Of a stretch of 32,000 nt of DNA, positions 25,249 through 32,000 are shown piece after piece. The stretch covers positions 426,286-458,285 of the forward strand of contig OY829281.1 of assembly GCA_963691715.1 (NCBI GenBank), given 5' to 3'. The notes beneath the pieces are model-generated. The model did no database searches. It was given only the letters and a program-made list of their open reading frames with translations, and was not told the origin of the DNA. Made by a program: the position numbers and the translations under genes. How positions within the stretch are numbered: the first letter of the stretch is position 1; each line of letters begins with the position of its first letter. The stretch comes from Balneolaceae bacterium. Lineage in GTDB: Bacteria; Bacteroidota; Rhodothermia; Balneolales; Balneolaceae.

Positions 25249-26664
25249 TTAATCTTGTAAATGTGTTACCTCATCTTTCCAATAGACAATTGAAAAGACG
25301 CTTTCTCTTGGAAATGAAGGAGGGATGGAAGCCTTTAATCTGTTATCATATTGGTAGTTTTTAGAATATCCAGAATATATGTTAGATATGCTTCCAGTTC
25401 CAACAGGGCCTCTATTATTTTGAATAAGCCCCCCTAAGATATTTAATGTACCTCTGTAGCAACAAACGTTAAAATTTTCAACTGAAAATGAATCATTTAG
25501 AGCCATAACAGATGCATGTATTGTTAAATCTTCTTGACCTGAAAATAAATGAGCTTGATCGTCAACTTGAACTTCCCCTTCACTCACTAAGCCTAACATA
25601 TCAGTACTAGAAGAGTCTACCATTGGGTTGGTATGGTAGGTTATATCTCCATCTATTTCTATAAAAGACTCAGAATGTAAAGTGATACTGCCTTTTACTT
25701 CCCCGTGAACGTCAACTCGTTCAGAAGTTGAAATAATCCCATTAATTGTACTTAAGTCATACTCAACAGGATCGCCCCATACATCGTTAATTTTTTCTGA
25801 AATACTAGCATACCCTACATCATCAGATTCATAAAATGTAACATTAATTTCGTTCTCGAATCTTAGTCCGCCATTTTCAGCTGATTCTTTAATACGACCT
25901 ACCTCATAAGTAGTTGGTTCATTTTTTGAAGGTGCATTAAAGTTTTCTCCACCATAAAAATTTGGATTAGTTGGATACCACCAATGAGCCCTCCACATAT
26001 TAGGACTTGTAATAAGACCATAGAAGGAGGGATCTCCAAACATAGAAAACTCTCCATTCGTATGGATAGGGCCGTGTATCTCGTCATCTGGAGCAAACCA
26101 AATAGTATAACCTTGCGAACTTAATTCGGATTGCGTCATGTAAGAATATTTAGAAAAAGAGTCTCTCTGCATTAAAACCTCGGTTGTGATTTGTGTATCG
26201 TCATAAATGGCGGTACTCATAAGTAAAACTTTATATTCATCCCAACTAGTTACGCTATTATCTGGAATATCAGGACTATTTTGAGTATAAATATTTAATA
26301 TTCCATTCATATAAACTCTACTACCAATTTCACCACTGTTTTGTAAAGCTGCCTCGATATTTTTAAGCTCATCAAGTGTTATCTCTCCAAGGGTATATTG
26401 TTTTCTTGCATTGTAAGATCTTGCATGTAAGGCTAAAGTATCCACAACACTCCCAACAGGAATGCTACCAACCCAATCATTATCATTTTTAATAGTTTCT
26501 ATGGCATTATCAATGAGTGATTTAGATATATTCCTAGCTTGTTCTTCATTATAAAATTTAGATGAAAGATCAGGAATCTCGGAAATACGTTTGGAATTAT
26601 TAATTTGGATTAATCCCGTTATAATTGTTAAACCACTAACTAAAAGTAATAGACTTCTTCCCAT
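25249..26664 (-). CDS. PilX-like protein (N-terminal hydrophobic anchor, large beta-rich C-terminal domain)
   Basis: N-terminus MGRSLLLLVSGLTIITGLIQ followed by ..EEQARNISKSLIDNAIETIK resembles the PilX_N pattern (hydrophobic helix, then A..~AEAGl~~a). The C-terminal end GTLNILGGLIQNNRGPVGTG....GYSKNYQYDNRLKASIPPSFP resembles the G.l.i.Gsli......YD.rl....PP.fp ending of PilX/DUF4900-type type-IV-pilus tip proteins. There is no Gly-Phe-Thr-Leu-Ile-Glu prepilin motif. Confidence 0.4.
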   Translation of the reverse strand: MGRSLLLLVSGLTIITGLIQINNSKRISEIPDLSSKFYNEEQARNISKSLIDNAIETIKNDNDWVGSIPVGSVVDTLALHARSYNARKQYTLGEITLDELKNIEAALQNSGEIGSRVYMNGILNIYTQNSPDIPDNSVTSWDEYKVLLMSTAIYDDTQITTEVLMQRDSFSKYSYMTQSELSSQGYTIWFAPDDEIHGPIHTNGEFSMFGDPSFYGLITSPNMWRAHWWYPTNPNFYGGENFNAPSKNEPTTYEVGRIKESAENGGLRFENEINVTFYESDDVGYASISEKINDVWGDPVEYDLSTINGIISTSERVDVHGEVKGSITLHSESFIEIDGDITYHTNPMVDSSSTDMLGLVSEGEVQVDDQAHLFSGQEDLTIHASVMALNDSFSVENFNVCCYRGTLNILGGLIQNNRGPVGTGSISNIYSGYSKNYQYDNRLKASIPPSFPRESVFSIVYWKDEVTHLQD

Positions 26665-26673
26665 AGTATTTTA

Positions 26674-27258
26674 TTAATAAGGTAAATTAATATTATTAGG
26701 TACAAATATTCTTTTCCAGATTAATCGAGGATATTGTACGTTGTCTTTATTTATGGAGTAAGGTTCTGCTGTTTCTATAATAATTTCAACTTCAACTTTT
26801 TTCACTGCAGATTTATCCGAAGTGACAATCCCGTTTGCTGTGAAATAGGTGATTTCAAAATGAACAACTGGAAAGGAGATGGTCGCATATTCATCGGTAT
26901 CAATTGGGCCGATGCGTTTTAAGAAGAAATCATTAGGATTCGATGAAGATGTAACTGGATCTGAGGTGTCGAATAGCCATTGTACATTGGTAGAGCCGAA
27001 ATTATCATTATCAAAAACGTCAGCTTGGAATATGATATTTTTACTATCAATTGTAGAAAATGGAACAGCATTACCTGTTTTAAAACCAATTTTACTAAAA
27101 TCATTATCTAACATTTCTACTAAATTACCTAATGAATTATGATTTAGTGAACTAAGAAGTAATTCATGGCTTTGGTTCACCACTTGGTTGTTAAAAGCGA
27201 GGATTGATATAAGAAATAACCCACCTATTATAAATGTTATAGTAATTGCAGAATTCAT
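26674..27258 (-). CDS. PilW/PulJ-like minor-pilin-like protein (non-canonical N-terminus)
   Basis: N-terminal hydrophobic helix AITITFIIGGLFLISILAF. LVEMLDNDFSKIGFKTGN resembles the PilW ..l..Dlr.aGy.. segment. At 194 aa it is 9 nt upstream of the PilX-like gene and overlaps the preceding gene by 1 nt. Confidence 0.35.
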   Translation of the reverse strand: MNSAITITFIIGGLFLISILAFNNQVVNQSHELLLSSLNHNSLGNLVEMLDNDFSKIGFKTGNAVPFSTIDSKNIIFQADVFDNDNFGSTNVQWLFDTSDPVTSSSNPNDFFLKRIGPIDTDEYATISFPVVHFEITYFTANGIVTSDKSAVKKVEVEIIIETAEPYSINKDNVQYPRLIWKRIFVPNNINLPY

Positions 27259-27677
27259 TAATAGCTATATGACTTTACATATTCCAAATTAATAAAAATA
27301 TCAGGAGTTACTTGTTGGTTTAATACCGAGATCACCACTTGGTACCGTTTCATTGTGCCTGTGTCTTCTATCAAATCTGAGGTGCCACTAATTATGAAAG
27401 TACTTGTGTATTGATCGTTGTTGCCATAAGATTGTGTTTCAATAATTGGATAATTTGCATATACGTAGCTTGCACTGTTTGGATTTAAATCATTGGGATC
27501 ATAAATCCATTGTACTTTATCTAGTTCGTCTTGAGCTACTGCAATGGCTCTACTTTCGGCTTCTGCTATATAAAGAGTTTGTCTAGAGTTATTGAAACTT
27601 TTCGCAGTATTTAAGCTTAAGAACGAAAATACTACCATTGCAGCGATCAAATATAATATTTCAGAGTAACTTGTCAT
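27258..27677 (-). CDS. PilV/GspI-like minor-pilin-like protein (non-canonical N-terminus); first gene of the cluster
   Basis: MTSYSEILYLIAAMVVFSFLSL is a pilin-like N-terminal helix with Glu at precursor position 6 (position 5 if only Met1 is removed), but there is no Gly at -1 and no leader peptide. It is followed by YIAEAESRAIAVAQDELDK, as in small minor pilins. Length 139 aa. Confidence 0.35.
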   Translation of the reverse strand: MTSYSEILYLIAAMVVFSFLSLNTAKSFNNSRQTLYIAEAESRAIAVAQDELDKVQWIYDPNDLNPNSASYVYANYPIIETQSYGNNDQYTSTFIISGTSDLIEDTGTMKRYQVVISVLNQQVTPDIFINLEYVKSYSY

Positions 27678-27879
27678 TGTGTATGTATTCTATATATATG
27701 AATAAAAACTGTGCAAATGTTACAATTTTACCAATGTATTCTATATTTCTTTTTTTATATCCCCTTGCTAATCTTTCAGTTACTTGAACTATCAATGCAT
27801 AAAATATAGATATTTACATAATAGAAATGATTAATGAAATTAAAGGTTTAAGAATTTGAGTATGTACATATTAAAAAAT

Positions 27880-30800
27880 CTACTTTATTAAGGTCATTTT
27901 CTTTATAAATACATTATTATTTGCTTGTAATCTATAAAAATAAACTCCACTAGCTAAGGTTCTAGCATTAAAATATGTTTGATATCTTCCTGGCTCGCGG
28001 TTTTCATTTATAAGTGTTTGGATTTTGCGGCCAAGTATGTCGTAAATCTCTAGTAGAACATCCGATTGTTCATCTAATCCAAAATTGATAGTGGTGCTAG
28101 GATTAAATGGATTAGGATAATTCTGGCTAAGGAAAGGTTGCATTGGAACATCTCTTTCGATTTGTTCTATAGAAATCATAAGTGTAAATCGTGTACTCAT
28201 TGATTTCGATTTTGCAATAATTTTGTAATCAGGAGATAAAGGATTAACCTTTTCTCTTTTAGTTTTAGTGGAATGATTGAATATATATTCGCCCTCTTCT
28301 AGCAGATTGATGGTTTCACCTGTTATATTATCGAAAAGTGTTAAAATCCAGTCATCTGGTACACTTCTTAGGTCATCCCAGACTATTTGATATGTGCCAC
28401 TCACTTCTAAATTTTCTTCATATGAATCGAAATGTAGAGGTATGTAGTAACGAGTTTTAAAATCTATCGGTAAATTATTGATATCTAATTGAGTGCCGTC
28501 TTCAAGTAATGAGTGAAACTCGAAATAAGTTTGTGCCATAGTAGTTAGGCGATAAGCATCTAACTTATCTTTTGATTTAGAAGCATCATCAGAAAGCATG
28601 ATATGTGTTTCTTTAGCTCTACCATTTTCTCCTTTTACTGCAATTCCAATACGTACAATATCATATAAATTATCATTCTCCGATTTGAATGATAAACTAT
28701 CAGAGTTTTTAGGCATTGTTTTTCGAAGAAAAGAACCACCACTTGTTTTTGCTTCTTTTTTCACAGCTAAAGTTGGATCTGTATTATTGGCTTTTACCAT
28801 GAATCCTTGAAAAGGTGCAATTAACCCGTTTCCGAGAGTCCCTGTTACTCCATTCCAGGTTAGAAATTCACCATTACCTGCATTGGCAGCTGGATCCCAA
28901 ACATAAATTGTGGATTCAACATTGGTTTTAGTCCAATTAGCATTGTCATCCCAGTCAATGGTAGCTGCAAAGGGGTTCCCAATTAAATTCCAACCAGAAT
29001 CGGCGTTTGCTGTGTAGGTAATACCAAAATTAACCTCATCACCATTGCCATCCCATTCTTGACCTACAGCCTCTAAAGTATCGGGTAGTGGTTCATTATA
29101 TCTGGAATCTCCTGGAATATCGCCCCAAACATAAAGCCAAATTCCTTGGCCTTGTTGCACATTAGTAGAAGCACTTGAGGGTGCTCGAAATCTTTGATTA
29201 TCTGTTCCAGAATAATTTTCTAATTTAGTAAAAACATTGGGTTGAAGTGTGTCACCTGGTGAGGTATTACTGTCATAAAATGCCCCTGGATAACCTTGGG
29301 TGATTGTACCATCGAGCAAATCTCCAAAAGTAGTTGAGAAAGGGGATGAAATTAATCTCCAGCCATTATTGCCAGTAATTTCGTTTTGCATTCTTATGGA
29401 TCCTGATTCATATCTTTTGGAATTTGCGATCAAGTTTGAACCATCTGTTAATGACAATACGCCATCTAGGAGTTTAAGAGAATCAGTTACCGATAAGTTA
29501 CCGATAAAACGAACGCCTGCAGGGTTATTAATTACTAAGTTTGAGAATGTATTTGGGGCAAACACAGACTGTAGAATACTACCGTTAAGTAGCACATAGC
29601 CAATATCTATGTTGTCTATATCAAGATCACCACCTACGGTAAGCGAGTCACTATTACTTCCTAATATATTTCCATCACCTGCGGTTTCGTCATTAACAAT
29701 GAAGTTAATACCGCCAGATAGTGTTATAGATGCAGTATTTTCAATAGCAATTTTTTGAATTACAGTATTTGATTGATTCACAAATGGCTGTTCATTACCA
29801 ACTGAAGGTGATGCAGGAATATATACTTTGTCTAAATTACTGGGAACAGCACCTGCACTCCAATTATTTGGATCATACCAATTTCTTGCATCGGCGACAG
29901 AACCAATCTGAGATTGCCATTGGGTGTTGAATTCAGCGAATTCTACTTGGGCATCATTAACTAAATCAGCAGCATTTAATGTACCCGTAATGGTTGCAAT
30001 ACCTGCATTGGTAGACGAGGTGAGAATGGAAGTGTATGTACCATCATTATTATCTATAATCGAACTTAAAGTGCCAGATGTTACGCTTAAAGTAAAGGAA
30101 TCTCCACCTACTAGTACAGTATTTCCTTCAGCATCTTTTGCTTGGATTGTTATGGTTGAAGTGGAAAAACCGTCATTGAATATCACAGATGGATTTGCTG
30201 AAATGGTTGAAGTAGTTTCAGATGCCGCGCCAGGTGTAACATTAAAAGTATTACTAGTTCCTTGTTCAGTACCTGTAGTATTTGTTGCTGTAAGCGAACA
30301 AGAACCTGTATTGGATATACTCACAGTTAATGAAGAAAGTATACCATTAGTAAATGTGGGTGAAGTTCCGGCTCCACTCCCTATAACACAGTTAGAAGTT
30401 AATGTTATAGTTCCATTAAAAGTAGTAACTGTATCTTGAATGCCATCAACACCAATAATGGTAATATTGAAATTTTGACCAGCTAATTTATCAGATATAT
30501 TTCCTGAGGGTACTCTTTGAACCAGAAAATTTGTTAATTCTCCTAAAATCACAACATCAAATTCATTGCTAGTAGTATCTGTTAAGTTGGTACTAGAAAT
30601 TGTAATCGAGTATGTACCAGTTTCATCGATAATAAGATTATCAAATTCAGCAACACCAAATAGGTTTGTTTCTACATTGGTGATTGAAGATCCATCAAAA
30701 TTACCAGATCCAGAAATTTGGTTTAAGCTTACGGAAACATTTACTCTACTTTCCTCCACAGCATTTCCAAATTGATCAATTAGTTGTAATCTTGGAGATG

Positions 30801-32000
30801 GAATTATTGGTGAGTTTACATTTGAAGAATTTGGTTGTTGAAGAAATTCTAGCGTAGTTGAATTTCCAGGCACTATTTTAAGTAACCCATAATCGGTAGT
30901 ACCACCTAATCCAGTTGTTCCAACATTTTTAATAGTACCAAAATTTGGTATTATACCTGAAGTTGGCCTTACTCTAAAATTTCCAAAATTGATTTCAGCT
31001 GGATTGTTGGTAGAATTAGTAGTTATTGTAAATGTGATTTGGGTTTTAGTTCTGCTAGTATACGATATTGACAAATCGGTACTCCCTCCAAAAGCAGGAC
31101 TTACACTAGCTGTTGGATTAGAACCAGTATCGTCCCATTCAAAACCACTTGGTGCTTCAAAAATATATGTTCCTGTAGAGAATTCTCCTGCAAAACTTTC
31201 TTGTACTCTAGGGCCAGACAAAGTGGTAAATGTTGCTACAGAATTTGCATCATCAGCAGATATTGCATCACCGCCTAATGCAGGTGTAAGTAAACGAATT
31301 GGGACATTGTATTTATTTGATAAATAGTCTTCGATAAGTTCCTGATCGGGCAAAGAAATTTCATTATTGTAAAGAATAACCTCTGCAATTAAACCATCCC
31401 AACTAGAATTATTGTCTAAAGGTCCTTGGCCTAAAATTGCAGTAGTTAAATTTGAAGGATCTAGTGTGCCAGAAGGAATAGGGGTTGATGAAGTTGGATT
31501 ACTTAATACACCATCAATGTACATTTCATAGGTAGTTTCAGTAGTCCATTTTAACATAACAATTTGCCCTTCAGTAGTTTGAGCGTCTTCAAAGCTTTCT
31601 AAACTAAAACCAGTAAGATCTCTTAAGCCCGATGTTACCACATTACTTGCACCTCCAAGTGCGCCAATTGCATCGTATCGTAAACTAAAATATCGATCGT
31701 TAGAAGTTGTATTTGGTGTTACTGTTGTCCAGAATCCTTTATCTGTTGAAGTAATATCAGATTCAATTACAAAAAATATAGTTAGACCTGATAATCCTCC
31801 TAGGTATTGGGTTTCAGCATCAGCATCTTCAAGGCGTTCATTGGAAGAGCCTCCAGAAAATTCAATGGCTGGTTTGGAGTTTATGGTGCTTACTGAGCTT
31901 TGATAAATAGGAGCAATAGCACCTGTAGAGGTAAAGTCATGACCATTTCCACTTTGATCCAACCAATTTAAAACATTATCTCCATCTTCAGCAGGATCAC
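27880..32000 (-). CDS. Giant T9SS-secreted surface protein (LamG/ConA-like lectin domain, Ig-like Big_1-type repeats, T9SS CTD), 5' end beyond window
   Basis: The frame stays open upstream of the TTG at 31962 to the window edge (..DPAEDGDNVLNWLDQSGNGHDF..). The LamG-like region runs NWLDQSGNGHDF...AIEFSGG...MLKWTTETTYEMYIDGVL...LIAEVILYNNEISLPDQELIEDYLSNKYN. An invasin-like Ig repeat is present (STISANPSVIFNDGFSTSTITIQAKDAEGNTV..FTLSVTSGTLSSIIDNNDGTYTSILTSS). C-terminus SQNYPNPFNPSTTINFGL...GVYFYRLQAN...KKMTLIK is a type-A T9SS sorting domain. Confidence 0.75.
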   Translation of the reverse strand, partial: DPAEDGDNVLNWLDQSGNGHDFTSTGAIAPIYQSSVSTINSKPAIEFSGGSSNERLEDADAETQYLGGLSGLTIFFVIESDITSTDKGFWTTVTPNTTSNDRYFSLRYDAIGALGGASNVVTSGLRDLTGFSLESFEDAQTTEGQIVMLKWTTETTYEMYIDGVLSNPTSSTPIPSGTLDPSNLTTAILGQGPLDNNSSWDGLIAEVILYNNEISLPDQELIEDYLSNKYNVPIRLLTPALGGDAISADDANSVATFTTLSGPRVQESFAGEFSTGTYIFEAPSGFEWDDTGSNPTASVSPAFGGSTDLSISYTSRTKTQITFTITTNSTNNPAEINFGNFRVRPTSGIIPNFGTIKNVGTTGLGGTTDYGLLKIVPGNSTTLEFLQQPNSSNVNSPIIPSPRLQLIDQFGNAVEESRVNVSVSLNQISGSGNFDGSSITNVETNLFGVAEFDNLIIDETGTYSITISSTNLTDTTSNEFDVVILGELTNFLVQRVPSGNISDKLAGQNFNITIIGVDGIQDTVTTFNGTITLTSNCVIGSGAGTSPTFTNGILSSLTVSISNTGSCSLTATNTTGTEQGTSNTFNVTPGAASETTSTISANPSVIFNDGFSTSTITIQAKDAEGNTVLVGGDSFTLSVTSGTLSSIIDNNDGTYTSILTSSTNAGIATITGTLNAADLVNDAQVEFAEFNTQWQSQIGSVADARNWYDPNNWSAGAVPSNLDKVYIPASPSVGNEQPFVNQSNTVIQKIAIENTASITLSGGINFIVNDETAGDGNILGSNSDSLTVGGDLDIDNIDIGYVLLNGSILQSVFAPNTFSNLVINNPAGVRFIGNLSVTDSLKLLDGVLSLTDGSNLIANSKRYESGSIRMQNEITGNNGWRLISSPFSTTFGDLLDGTITQGYPGAFYDSNTSPGDTLQPNVFTKLENYSGTDNQRFRAPSSASTNVQQGQGIWLYVWGDIPGDSRYNEPLPDTLEAVGQEWDGNGDEVNFGITYTANADSGWNLIGNPFAATIDWDDNANWTKTNVESTIYVWDPAANAGNGEFLTWNGVTGTLGNGLIAPFQGFMVKANNTDPTLAVKKEAKTSGGSFLRKTMPKNSDSLSFKSENDNLYDIVRIGIAVKGENGRAKETHIMLSDDASKSKDKLDAYRLTTMAQTYFEFHSLLEDGTQLDINNLPIDFKTRYYIPLHFDSYEENLEVSGTYQIVWDDLRSVPDDWILTLFDNITGETINLLEEGEYIFNHSTKTKREKVNPLSPDYKIIAKSKSMSTRFTLMISIEQIERDVPMQPFLSQNYPNPFNPSTTINFGLDEQSDVLLEIYDILGRKIQTLINENREPGRYQTYFNARTLASGVYFYRLQANNNVFIKKMTLIK

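Noticed and set aside
28598-31327. Plus-strand ORFs (70-171 aa) at 28598-28810, 29300-29599, 29924-30439, 30566-30775 and 30989-31327
   Set aside because: All lie antisense within the single long, domain-rich T9SS adhesin ORF. Their translations are low-complexity Val/Pro/Ser-rich with no motifs.
1-32000. CRISPR arrays, tRNA/rRNA genes, IS elements, integrases, prophage or toxin-antitoxin modules
   Set aside because: I saw no regularly spaced repeats, no cloverleaf-like GC-rich segments in intergenic regions, and no transposase, integrase or phage-like ORFs. Composition looks uniform across the window, so there is no visible sign of recent horizontal insertion.

Overview
AT-rich window from what looks like an FCB-group bacterium. 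Two proteins end in the NYPNPFNPST-type T9SS (Por) C-terminal sorting domain, and Shine-Dalgarno use is sparse. I recognised no rRNA, tRNA, CRISPR array, transposase or integrase. The left part (1-13.4 kb) is ordinary housekeeping: a 5'-truncated BI-1/YccA membrane protein, a BNR/Asp-box beta-propeller T9SS cargo, a DAO-like flavoprotein, an orphan CheY-like receiver, a 4x tandem-repeat membrane protein, plant-type ferredoxin-NADP reductase, alaS, and pdhA-pdhB-pdhC. The right part (13.5-27.7 kb) is a tightly packed 14-gene cluster, entirely on the minus strand, and is the interesting region. In transcription order it encodes: three proteins with pilin-like N-terminal hydrophobic helices (PilV/PilW/PilX-like, no canonical prepilin motif); a small secreted beta-sandwich protein; four paralogous secreted DUF4402/SCPU-like (Csu-type) fimbrial subunits, the last followed by a strong intrinsic terminator; a PapD-like chaperone; a 962-aa usher-like outer-membrane protein with a TPR tail; a 608-aa membrane protein that reads as a miniature FliF-like periplasmic module fused to a full FliG (N-M-C); a TPR protein; a MotA/PomA-type stator subunit; and a MotB-like protein carrying an OmpA-like domain plus three SPOR repeats. 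No other flagellar genes are present in the window. Genes from the chaperone through motB are separated by only 6-18 nt. I read this as a candidate undescribed envelope-spanning machine in which a PMF-driven stator and FliG-like rotor are genetically coupled to an archaic chaperone-usher fibre. A more than 1360-aa LamG/Ig-like T9SS adhesin (5' end beyond the window) lies immediately upstream. All family assignments come from motif recognition by eye, not from database searches.
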